From assembly GCA_003599365.1 (NCBI GenBank), contig QZJR01000098.1:1-44137 (forward strand): a DNA stretch of 44,137 bases, read 5' to 3'. Origin of the DNA: Deltaproteobacteria bacterium (lineage in GTDB: Bacteria; Desulfobacterota; UBA8473). Shown one piece after another: positions 1 through 9,274 of this stretch. The notes beneath the pieces are model-generated. The model was given only the letters and a program-made list of their open reading frames with translations. It ran no database searches and was not told where the DNA came from. The translations under genes and the position numbers were made by a program. Within the stretch, counting starts at the first letter, position 1. Every line of letters starts with the position of its first letter.

Positions 1-2
1 CA

Positions 3-1553
3 GTCGTATTCATCTTTCTCATTGCTCTTTCCTACGTGTCCTATACCGGACTTTCAAATCAGAAAATGGCAATAGAGGACATCGTTAACAACCGATTTAA
101 GGCATACCAGAGAAGCTCTGAGATTGCCAAAAGCATTGCCAATGTACATGCAAATCTTTACAAGATCATCAGTTGGACAGGTGCAAATCGTGATGCGGAT
201 ATAATCCAGGCTCTCTCCGATGAACAGAAAGCCCAGATTAAAGGGAATATTGAGCCGATACAAAATATCTTAAAATTTAAGATGTCCACAGGGAAGGAAA
301 AGAAGCTTCTTCAAGCCTCTCTGGAACAGTTGATAGAGTATCAGAAACAGGCATTAGCGGTATGTGATGTGGTAAAGACCGATGTCAGCATGGCAACTAT
401 GTTTATGGGCACTGCCGACGAAAAATACAACATCCTCAACCAAACCCTGAGGGAACTCCTCGTATTCGAAGAGATGGTCAGTGAAGAGAGGTACAATTTT
501 TCTCTCAAAAGCTTCAACTCTGTATTAACCGTCTTTGTAATATTGCTGGTAATCGCCGTTGTAATATCGGTATTGAGCAGCCTCTTTATGTCCAGGCTTA
601 TCACCCAACCGGTTAAACAAACAATGGATGTCATCAAAAATGTTGCCGATGGTGATTTAACTCAGGATATTGAAGTGGACTCCCGAGATGAGATCGGTGA
701 ACTTGCAGAGGCTATCAACACGATGCGCGTGAAAATGGGAGAGGCAGTCGGTCAATCGGTAGCAATTTCCCACACCTTATCCGAATCAGCATCCGAGCAG
801 GCTGCTTCGCTGGAGGAGACATCTGCCTCTCTGGATGAAACAGCCTCTATGACCAGGCAAAACGCCGGCAATACAACCGAGGCCAATAACCTGATGGCGT
901 TGGCCATGGAGACCACGGAAAAGGCCAATATTTCCATGGCTGATTTAACCAGATCAATGAAGGAAATTGCCGGTGCCAGCGAACAGGCACAGAAAATCGT
1001 TAAGAGTATTGATGAAATTGCCTTTCAAACCAATCTTCTTGCTCTGAATGCGGCAGTCGAGGCAGCCCGTGCGGGTGAAGCAGGCGCGGGTTTTGCCGTA
1101 GTTGCCGACGAGGTGAGGAATCTGGCGCTACGGGCAACGGAGGCCGCCAAAGGCACATCCGGTTTAATAGAAGATATCGTCAAAAAGGTCAGGAACGGGG
1201 AAGGTCTGGTTTCCCTCACCAACGATGCCTTCAGTCAGGTAACGACCAACTCCACAAAGGTTGTGGAATTAATGGGCGAGGTTGCAGCAGCCTCTCAGGA
1301 ACAAGCCCAGGGAATAGATCAGATCAATAAGGCCGTGGCTCAGATGAGTACGGTGACACAGAAGAATGCTGCCAGTTCAGAAGAATTAGCCTCAATCATG
1401 TCTATGTTTAAAACAGAGAATCATAGAGGGAAGATTACCCCAGAGAAGCTACACCCCCAAAAGAGCAGCAGAAAAAAAATGATCTTTTCGTCCCCCGGTG
1501 GAGAAGTAATCCCCGGGAATTTTATGCCCTTAAAAGAACCGGAGTTCGTTTAA
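3..1553 (+). CDS. methyl-accepting chemotaxis protein, 5'-partial
   Basis: The frame of the 36..1553 ORF stays open back to nt 3 and encodes a hydrophobic stretch (VVFIFLIALSYV), so the true start is probably off-window. Second TM at VLTVFVILLVIAVVISVLSSLF. HAMP-like DEIGELAEAINTMRVKM. Conserved MCP signalling hairpin IAFQTNLLALNAAVEAARAGEAGAGFAVVADEVRNLA. Confidence 0.92.
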   Translation, partial: VVFIFLIALSYVSYTGLSNQKMAIEDIVNNRFKAYQRSSEIAKSIANVHANLYKIISWTGANRDADIIQALSDEQKAQIKGNIEPIQNILKFKMSTGKEKKLLQASLEQLIEYQKQALAVCDVVKTDVSMATMFMGTADEKYNILNQTLRELLVFEEMVSEERYNFSLKSFNSVLTVFVILLVIAVVISVLSSLFMSRLITQPVKQTMDVIKNVADGDLTQDIEVDSRDEIGELAEAINTMRVKMGEAVGQSVAISHTLSESASEQAASLEETSASLDETASMTRQNAGNTTEANNLMALAMETTEKANISMADLTRSMKEIAGASEQAQKIVKSIDEIAFQTNLLALNAAVEAARAGEAGAGFAVVADEVRNLALRATEAAKGTSGLIEDIVKKVRNGEGLVSLTNDAFSQVTTNSTKVVELMGEVAAASQEQAQGIDQINKAVAQMSTVTQKNAASSEELASIMSMFKTENHRGKITPEKLHPQKSSRKKMIFSSPGGEVIPGNFMPLKEPEFV

Positions 1554-1616
1554 GCTTTATATAACAGCGGGCTTAAGCCTGCTGTTGTAATTACTGTGAA
1601 CCGTGAACTGTTACGG
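1554..1616. repeat. type C intergenic repeat, partial copy in reverse orientation, containing the 24-bp palindrome AACAGCGGGCTTAAGCCTGCTGTT (1563-1586)
   Basis: The reverse complement of 1554-1594 is identical to 25593-25633 (gtaattacaacagcaggcttaagcccgctgttatataaagc). It is followed by the heptamer pair gtgaacc/gtgaact. Confidence 0.9.
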
Positions 1617-1632
1617 CAACTCTTAGAGTAAT

Positions 1633-2460
1633 ATGATGTCTCCCGAACTTAAGGATAATGATTTTAAAAAAATAGTCCGCTTGGTATACGAGCAGTGTGG
1701 AATCAATCTCCATGACGGCAAAAGAGAACTGGTGAAGGCACGGCTTTCGAAAAGGCTGAGAGAGGCAGGCTTCACCTCCTTTGCAGATTATTATCACTAT
1801 GTAGTCTCAGAGAAGGGGAGTTACGAATTGACCTCCATGATTGATTCGATCTCCACGAATATGACATATTTTTTCAGAGAGGATGGTCACTTCCAAAAAC
1901 TGCGCACCATCATACCTGCCATGACAGAGGAGAAAGGGCATAATGGCCATACCCCGAAATTGCAGATCTGGACCGCAGGGTGTTCTACAGGGGAAGAACC
2001 TTACTCACTGGCAATCACCTTAAAAGAACACAGTAACAAAATTGAAGCAACTATACTGGCTACAGATATATCTTCGAAGGTTCTTAAAACAGCGACAAAC
2101 GGTATCTACTTAAACGAGAAACTCAAGAATATATTGCCTGAAATTTTGAAGAAATATTTCCAGTACGGTTGTGGTGAATGGGCAGGATATTATCGCGTCA
2201 AAGATGAGATCAGGAGGATGATACAATTTACAAAGTTTAACCTGATGGACCCGCCGCCCCCTGGTTTTCTTTTTGATATCATATTTTGCAGGAATGTCAT
2301 GATCTATTTTGACAAAACAACCCAGGGGCTACTGGTGAACAGGTTCTACAATTGCCTAAAAGATGGCGGATATTTTTTTGTGGGTCATGCGGAAAGCCTG
2401 TCAGGGATCTCGCATCCCTTCAAATATATAGAACCGAGCATTTACAGGAAACATGGTTAA
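1633..2460 (+). CDS. cheR: chemotaxis protein methyltransferase CheR
   Basis: 275 aa. N-terminal helical CheR domain (FKKIVRLVYEQCGINL) and SAM-binding core (IWTAGCSTGEEPYSLAI ... IFCRNVMIYFD). Confidence 0.93.
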   Translation: MMSPELKDNDFKKIVRLVYEQCGINLHDGKRELVKARLSKRLREAGFTSFADYYHYVVSEKGSYELTSMIDSISTNMTYFFREDGHFQKLRTIIPAMTEEKGHNGHTPKLQIWTAGCSTGEEPYSLAITLKEHSNKIEATILATDISSKVLKTATNGIYLNEKLKNILPEILKKYFQYGCGEWAGYYRVKDEIRRMIQFTKFNLMDPPPPGFLFDIIFCRNVMIYFDKTTQGLLVNRFYNCLKDGGYFFVGHAESLSGISHPFKYIEPSIYRKHG

Positions 2461-2942
2461 TGGGTGATATTATCGTTGGTATCTCGGATATGAATGTGAG
2501 CAATAATTACGAAGATGTCCTGATTACCTATGCCCTTGGTTCATGTATTGCAGTAGCTGTTTATGATCCTAAAGTAAAAGTGGGTGGTCTTTTGCACTTC
2601 ATGCTTCCCGAATCATCAATAGACATAAATAAAGCCGGCGATAAGCCGGCAATGTTTGCCGATACCGGCATTCCTCTTTTATTTAAGTCCTGCTACAGAC
2701 TGGGGGCAGTAAAAACGCGTATGCTTGTAAAGATAATCGGAGGAGCAAACATCCTCGATGATTCAAACTACTTTCGGATCGGTCAAAGAAATCTCACAGC
2801 AGTCCGGAAGATCTTCTGGAAGAACAATGTAATGATACATGCAGAAGATACCGGTGAAAACCATAACCGAACCGTTCGTCTCCGTATTTCCGATGGCAGG
2901 TGTTACGTTAAAAATTCCACGGAGGAGATGAAGGAACTCTAA
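2460..2942 (+). CDS. cheD: chemoreceptor glutamine deamidase CheD
   Basis: The ORF track starts at 2352, inside cheR. The ATG at 2460 overlaps the cheR stop (TAATG) and gives MGDIIVGISDM...LGSCIAVAVYD, the typical CheD N-terminus and catalytic Cys motif. Confidence 0.9.
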   Translation: MGDIIVGISDMNVSNNYEDVLITYALGSCIAVAVYDPKVKVGGLLHFMLPESSIDINKAGDKPAMFADTGIPLLFKSCYRLGAVKTRMLVKIIGGANILDDSNYFRIGQRNLTAVRKIFWKNNVMIHAEDTGENHNRTVRLRISDGRCYVKNSTEEMKEL

Positions 2943-2952
2943 GGGGGTTGTT

Positions 2953-3384
2953 ATGTCGTTCAATATACTTGTTGTAGATGATTCAAATTCAATGCGGGCG
3001 GTAATTAAGAAGGTTATATCCTTGTCAGGATTTAAGGTGGACTGTTGTTTTGAAGCAGGCAATGGCAGAGAAGCGCTGGCGGTGTTGGCAAACGATTGGG
3101 TGGATGTAATTATATCGGATATTAACATGCCCGAGGTAAATGGTTTGGAATTATTAAACAAGTTACGGCAAGACATTCTTTATAAGGAGATCCCCGTGGT
3201 TATCGTAACCACGGAAGGCAGTAACGAACGTATGGAAGAGGTTTTTAACCTTGGGGCAAAGGGATTTATAAAAAAGCCTTTTTTGCCGGAAGAACTGAGA
3301 AGGGTTCTTTACCAGGTTATAGGGGTGGGAAATGACGGTGAATACGGAGAAGATAGAAAAGATCTTGATGGATTCGACTTTTGA
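2953..3384 (+). CDS. cheY: CheY-like single-domain response regulator
   Basis: 143 aa receiver: ILVVDDSNSMR, DVIISDINMPEVNG, VVIVTTEG, IKKPF. Confidence 0.9.
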   Translation: MSFNILVVDDSNSMRAVIKKVISLSGFKVDCCFEAGNGREALAVLANDWVDVIISDINMPEVNGLELLNKLRQDILYKEIPVVIVTTEGSNERMEEVFNLGAKGFIKKPFLPEELRRVLYQVIGVGNDGEYGEDRKDLDGFDF

Positions 3385-3844
3385 GGTCTTTGAAAAGATG
3401 TTTTACATCTCTCTTGAAGCTCTCAATGCGGATCATAAAGTATGCGATATAGCGGCAATCATAGGCCTTGATGGATCTGCAAGGGGAGAAGGCGACATAG
3501 CGGTAACCATAAACTTTGACGGATCTGTAAGGGGAGAAGGGCAGATATCTCTTTCGGGAGGGATGACAGAGATGATGGCGCAAAACATGCTGAGTCTTGA
3601 CGCCTGTGAAATCACGGAAAAAGACATAGAAGATTGCTCTAAAGAGGCGGCAAACATGATCTGGGGGAATTTCCTCCGGAAGTTCAATGCTGACGAAGCA
3701 TTTAACCTGTCCATCCCCATATTTGGGAGAAACCCAGGAACCATTAGATACCAGGGGCCGGATTTACAGGTGTTTAGATTGAACTTTGTATCAAGCGGTG
3801 AGGTACTCAAGGTAATCATGACCATGGCCTACACCCCGCTTTAG
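3332..3844 (+). CDS. cheX: CheX/CheC-family CheY-P phosphatase
   Basis: 170 aa, overlaps the end of cheY. The motif DCSKEAANMIWGNF...SIP fits the CheC/CheX/FliY active-site pattern D/S-x3-E-x2-N-x(about 22)-P. GGTGGG Shine-Dalgarno sequence before the ATG. Confidence 0.75.
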   Translation: MTVNTEKIEKILMDSTFEVFEKMFYISLEALNADHKVCDIAAIIGLDGSARGEGDIAVTINFDGSVRGEGQISLSGGMTEMMAQNMLSLDACEITEKDIEDCSKEAANMIWGNFLRKFNADEAFNLSIPIFGRNPGTIRYQGPDLQVFRLNFVSSGEVLKVIMTMAYTPL

Positions 3845-3863
3845 TTCTTTAACTCTAAAATTC

Positions 3864-5083
<1,220 letters not shown>

Positions 5084-5086
5084 AAT

Positions 5087-7300
5087 ATGGAATATGCTCT
5101 ATTAATCAATTTGCTGAACGGAATTGCTTCTGAATTCATGATCCTTGGCAAGGACGATATCGATGTCCCATCTGCCGGTAAATTTTTCAATCAGCTCGAC
5201 AACGTGATAAAGGAGGCAGAAACCCTCAAAATTGGTCAGATTACGGAAGTGGCCAGGGCATCGATTCATATTCTGGAGAAGATCATACTTGATGCCATGG
5301 ATGATAAAGAGGCAGGATTATCTCTATTCGAAAAGGGCATCTCCCTGATGCAGGAAATTACCGAGAGATATGAGAACACAGGCACGTATCAGGGGAACGT
5401 AAGGGAGTTTATTGAGACAGTTTTTTCCCCTACGGGGGAGGAGATAGCCAAAGGTACGGAGGAAACGGTTCCCCCTTGTCCACAAGAAGAGGGGGCAGCG
5501 GAAGAAAAATTTCAGATTGAGGATGAGTCACTGCTGAAAGATTTCATTACCGAGGCACTGGAATATATAGAACAGATCGAAATAAATATCCTCAATCTGG
5601 AGCAAAATTCAGAGGATAAAAACTATATAAATGCCGTCTTCAGACCCTTTCACTCAATAAAAGGGGTAGCCGGTTTCCTTAATCTCGAAGGAATCCGTGA
5701 TCTATCCCATAATCTGGAGGACCTTCTGGACAAGGTGAGAAGCGACGAATTGCCTGTTACACCCCAACTTATAGATATTGTTCTGGATGGAGCCGATGCC
5801 TTAAAAACGATGATCGGTCAGTTGAAGGACAATCTGGAAGGCAAGGGAGGAGAGCCGTTTGAAGTGGATACTACCGGCATAGAAAGCCGGATAAAACAAA
5901 TTGAAGAGCACCGCTTTGTTGAGGAGGTTCCCAAGGTAAAAAAGGTGGGAGAAATCCTTATGGATGATGGCATCATTACAGAGGATGTCCTTGAAGAGAG
6001 TTTGAAGATAGCACAGGTATCCCCCGGGAAAAAGATCGGAGAGGCACTGATAAGCGAGGGTAAGATTACCCCCAAACAGTTGTCCCAGGCATTGAGAAAA
6101 CAGGCGGATCGGATCACCGATACAGCAACAATCAGGGTGGATATCGGAAAATTAGATGACCTGATTGACATGGTTGGTGAACTGGTTATCACCCAGTCCA
6201 TGATTCAGGAGGCTCTTAAAAACCAATTAAATACAGACAGAAACCTCATGAGAAACATTTCTCAGTTCTTCCGGATTACATCGGAGCTACAGAGGGTATC
6301 CACAGGTCTGAGGATGATACCGATCAAACAGACATTTCAGAGGATATCACGCCTGGTGAGAGATCTTGCCAAAGACGCCGGAAAGTTGGTTGCCGTCGAG
6401 ATGCAGGGCGAAGAAACGGAGATTGATCGTAACATGGTGGATGAAATCTATAACCCCATTGTCCATATGATACGGAACTCTGTTGATCACGGCATAGAGA
6501 TGCCGGGAGAAAGGGTAAAACTCGGCAAACCGGAACAGGGTTTGATCCGCTTGAAAGCCTACCACAGAGGGGGAAACATCATCATCGAAATATCCGATGA
6601 CGGAAGGGGATTGGGCAAAGAAAAAATCCTGGAAAAGGCCATTAAGAACGGCATCATCAACAGCGCCGACAGTCTCACAGATCAGGATATTTTCCGACTC
6701 ATCTTCCTGCCCGGTCTTTCGACAGCAAAGGCGGTGACAGATGTCTCAGGACGTGGGGTCGGCATGGACGTGGTTAAACAAGCGGTAGAAAAACTGCGGG
6801 GGAAAATAGAGATTGAAAGTCTTTATGGGAATGGCACCACCTTCATGGTAAGTTTCCCTCTTACCATGGCCATCATTGATGGGATAATTTTAAAGGTGGG
6901 CACTGAATATTATATCCTTCCGACAATGGCGATTCGTCAGATGTTACGTCCCTCTCGGGATATATACAACAACATTATCGGCAAAGGAGAGACAATTAAC
7001 GTGATGGGTCAATTGCTGCCCCTTGTAAAATTATATGATTTATTCCATATAAAACCTGAATGCAGAGACCCCTGGGAAGGTATCGTGGCGGTTGTTGACG
7101 GAGATGGCCGATCCAAATGTCTGCTTGTGGACAAGATCATAGGTAAAGCAGAGGTAGTAATCAAGAGCCTCGGTGATGGGTTAAAAAACATTAAGGGGGT
7201 TTCTGCCGGGGCCATCCTGGGAGATGGCAATGTTGGGTTGATCTTGGATCCCGAGGGGTTATTTGAATTGAGTGAAGAGAGATCAACGATTCCAATGTAA
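5087..7300 (+). CDS. cheA: chemotaxis histidine kinase CheA with N-terminal extension and atypical linker domain
   Basis: 737 aa. HPt His box FRPFHSIKGVAGFL, dimerisation segment (IRVDIGKLDDLIDMVGELVI), HATPase (HMIRNSVDHGIE, DDGRGL, GRGVGMDVV) and C-terminal CheW-like P5 domain. About 140 aa precede the HPt domain. Confidence 0.95.
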   Translation: MEYALLINLLNGIASEFMILGKDDIDVPSAGKFFNQLDNVIKEAETLKIGQITEVARASIHILEKIILDAMDDKEAGLSLFEKGISLMQEITERYENTGTYQGNVREFIETVFSPTGEEIAKGTEETVPPCPQEEGAAEEKFQIEDESLLKDFITEALEYIEQIEINILNLEQNSEDKNYINAVFRPFHSIKGVAGFLNLEGIRDLSHNLEDLLDKVRSDELPVTPQLIDIVLDGADALKTMIGQLKDNLEGKGGEPFEVDTTGIESRIKQIEEHRFVEEVPKVKKVGEILMDDGIITEDVLEESLKIAQVSPGKKIGEALISEGKITPKQLSQALRKQADRITDTATIRVDIGKLDDLIDMVGELVITQSMIQEALKNQLNTDRNLMRNISQFFRITSELQRVSTGLRMIPIKQTFQRISRLVRDLAKDAGKLVAVEMQGEETEIDRNMVDEIYNPIVHMIRNSVDHGIEMPGERVKLGKPEQGLIRLKAYHRGGNIIIEISDDGRGLGKEKILEKAIKNGIINSADSLTDQDIFRLIFLPGLSTAKAVTDVSGRGVGMDVVKQAVEKLRGKIEIESLYGNGTTFMVSFPLTMAIIDGIILKVGTEYYILPTMAIRQMLRPSRDIYNNIIGKGETINVMGQLLPLVKLYDLFHIKPECRDPWEGIVAVVDGDGRSKCLLVDKIIGKAEVVIKSLGDGLKNIKGVSAGAILGDGNVGLILDPEGLFELSEERSTIPM

Positions 7301-7307
7301 CTTGTTC

Positions 7308-7736
7308 CTAAGCACCTGAGCAGTTGTCATTAAAAAATCTCTCTAGATAAAGATTCAGAATGAGTTCTACCTCGCCCACAGGGACGTCAAGGATATTTAC
7401 TATCTCGTCAATTTTCAGACCTCTTTGCTTAAGGGCAATAATCTTATGTTGTCGGTACGACTCGACTTCGAGGCCGTTTATGCTTTTCGAATAGTGTCCT
7501 ACAGACATCTCGGTTTTATTAAGTTTCTCGAAGGTTGCTATCTTTTCGTCCACAGAGGCTTCTATTGCCTTTAATGCCTCAATCTTTTTCCCCAGTCTTT
7601 CAAATATGATGTCTGCAATCTCTTTAACCTCCACAAGCTCACGAGTTAGAAGGCCATTGTCCTTCCCTATTCTTCTAAAAATTTCAACTAAAAACTTGAC
7701 GGCCTCGAAAATTTTCTTAAACATTTTAAACTTCAA
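7308..7736 (-). CDS. hypothetical protein with C-terminal helix-turn-helix-like segment
   Basis: 142 aa. TTG start at 7736 lies 7 nt after a GGAGG. The C-terminus IIALKQRGLKIDEIVNILDVPVGEVELILNL looks like a small HTH, resembling the DUF2802-type proteins seen in fla/che clusters. That resemblance is from memory only. Confidence 0.5.
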   Translation of the reverse strand: MKFKMFKKIFEAVKFLVEIFRRIGKDNGLLTRELVEVKEIADIIFERLGKKIEALKAIEASVDEKIATFEKLNKTEMSVGHYSKSINGLEVESYRQHKIIALKQRGLKIDEIVNILDVPVGEVELILNLYLERFFNDNCSGA

Positions 7737-7901
7737 TATCTATCCTCCCCTTTTCTTCCTTTTTTTTCTTTTCTTCCTTTTTGGAAGATTTTGGTATTTT
7801 CCGCTGTGATAGTCCCTTATCCCCTTCTCTTTTCATCGGGGCCTCGTAAATCTTTTTTGTTGGTCCTACAGACATTTGTCTCTCCATATCAGTAATGTCC
7901 G

Positions 7902-8005
7902 GTAACTACTTAGGTAGGCACAAAGTAGGAAAAAACAACGAAACGACCCTGTTCCGCTCTGCTTTGTGTCTATGTGCCTTTGCTACTTTGTGCCTGAGTA
8001 GTTAC
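7902..8005. repeat. type B hairpin element bounded by GTAACTACTTAGG / CCTGAGTAGTTAC
   Basis: Inner arms ggcacaaagtagg ... gctactttgtgcc pair with each other. The ctttgtg(t/c)c...tgtgcctttgc(t/c)actttgtgcct core recurs at 26631-26666 and 29513-29558. The element ends 3 nt from the cheZ stop. Confidence 0.9.
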
Positions 8006-8007
8006 CA

Positions 8008-8745
8008 TTAGAACCAAAATTCCTTCAAAAGGTCATCCACACCCGACTGGGAAATCAATTCGCTTTCTGTCCTTTCTATCTTTGTACCTTGTTCTATCTT
8101 CAGACCAAATGTTGTTATCAACCTTACAAGTTCTTCCTCTATGTCTCCCACAAGTTTAATGACTTTTTTTATTGTCTGACCTGTAAGATCCTGAAAGGAT
8201 TGCGTCATGAGTATCCCGGTCAAATCGTTTTCAAGCTTATTCTTAAACTCCTTCAGATAATCCACTGAACTTTCCGGCCCTTCTATATTTCTTATATGTG
8301 AGGCAAGGTCATCCATGTTTAATATATATTTTTCCACCGTCTCCATCGTCTTATTGGCAGCTTCTTCTGTCTCATCAATAACAAGTTGGAGCTTGTCAAT
8401 GACATTGGGCATCTCAACCGTGGCTATCTCTTTGAATCTCGGGTCAATTGCCTCTTTAAATCCATTAATAGCGTTATGTAATTTTCTTGTAATCTTGCCG
8501 ACCTCCTTAAAGAGGTCATCCTGTCCTTTTTTCATCATGCTATGTACAGCACTATTCGCTTTTTCATAATCCTGACTTACAAGGGCATCCATGAAGCTGA
8601 TTATCTCCTCCAATATCCCATGCCTCTGGTCCTGAGAATCTATCCCCATCTCTTCGAAAAATCCCTTGAGGTTATACAGATCATCCACCCTTTCCTCTCC
8701 TACTATAGTGTTAACGGCACTGATAAGTCCTGAGTTGTCTTTCAT
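8008..8745 (-). CDS. cheZ: CheY-P phosphatase CheZ
   Basis: 245 aa. The catalytic-region motif SFQDLTGQTIKKVIKLV matches the CheZ DFQDLTGQVIKR signature. The C-terminal peptide SGVDDLLKEFWF resembles the CheY-binding tail QVDDLLDSLGF. Confidence 0.85.
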   Translation of the reverse strand: MKDNSGLISAVNTIVGEERVDDLYNLKGFFEEMGIDSQDQRHGILEEIISFMDALVSQDYEKANSAVHSMMKKGQDDLFKEVGKITRKLHNAINGFKEAIDPRFKEIATVEMPNVIDKLQLVIDETEEAANKTMETVEKYILNMDDLASHIRNIEGPESSVDYLKEFKNKLENDLTGILMTQSFQDLTGQTIKKVIKLVGDIEEELVRLITTFGLKIEQGTKIERTESELISQSGVDDLLKEFWF

Positions 8746-8779
8746 CTTATCTTATCCTTTCCAGTATATCCCCGGCGTA

Positions 8780-9172
8780 TCACTTCCCAAGGTTTTCAAA
8801 TATTTTCTCCATCTTCTCCTTCAATAACTCTGCTGTAAACGGTTTTACGATATAATTATTGACGCCTGCCTTTATAGCCTCTACAACCTTATGTTTTTCT
8901 GCCTCGGCTGTAACCATAAGGAATGGCGTATCTTTTAATTCAGGGTCGTTTCTAATTTTCTCCAGGAGTTGCATGCCATCCATATTGGGCATATTCCAAT
9001 CAGACACAACGAAGCCGAACCCTCCATTTTTTAATTTTGCATATGCATTAACGCCGTCTTCTGCCTCTTCGATATCCTCATAACCCAGTTGTTTGAGTAT
9101 GTTTTTTACAATCCGCCTCATTGTTGAAAAATCATCAACAACCAGGAACTTCATTTTATAATCAGGCATCAC
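8780..9172 (-). CDS. cheY: chemotaxis response regulator CheY
   Basis: 130 aa, E. coli-like: [39 protein letters not shown]. Confidence 0.93.
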   Translation of the reverse strand: MMPDYKMKFLVVDDFSTMRRIVKNILKQLGYEDIEEAEDGVNAYAKLKNGGFGFVVSDWNMPNMDGMQLLEKIRNDPELKDTPFLMVTAEAEKHKVVEAIKAGVNNYIVKPFTAELLKEKMEKIFENLGK

Positions 9173-9197
9173 GGATACCCCCTTTCATAAATATATA

Positions 9198-9274
9198 GTA
9201 ACTGCACAGGTGTTTAGGCTGTAGGCTGTAGTAAGCTAATAGTCTATAGCCTAAACTATAGTCTATCTACCTGT
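9198..9274. repeat. type D repeat (taggctg heptamer pair plus gtctatctacctgt end)
   Basis: gtttaggctgtaggctgtag ... gtctatctacctgt. The same ends occur at 17711-17758. The element overlaps the last codons and the stop of fliA. Confidence 0.85.

Noticed and set aside
1563-1586. The type C palindrome as a rho-independent terminator after the MCP gene, with the same idea applied to the copy at 25601-25624.
   Set aside because: The stem has essentially no loop (the centre is TTAA) and is not followed by a T run in either orientation. The element also occurs upstream of genes in both orientations.
2352-2459. Upstream extension of the cheD ORF (the ORF track starts at 2352).
   Set aside because: The extension lies entirely inside cheR in another frame and encodes no CheD-like sequence. 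The ATG at 2460 overlaps the cheR stop and gives a canonical CheD N-terminus.
6975-6982. Perfect GCCGATAA sigma-28 -10 matches: on the minus strand inside cheA (6975-6982), and on the plus strand at 13418-13425 (antisense to flhA) and 37533-37540 (antisense to fliF).
   Set aside because: None has a TAAA-type -35 element at the required 11/15-nt spacing. None faces a downstream gene on its own strand.
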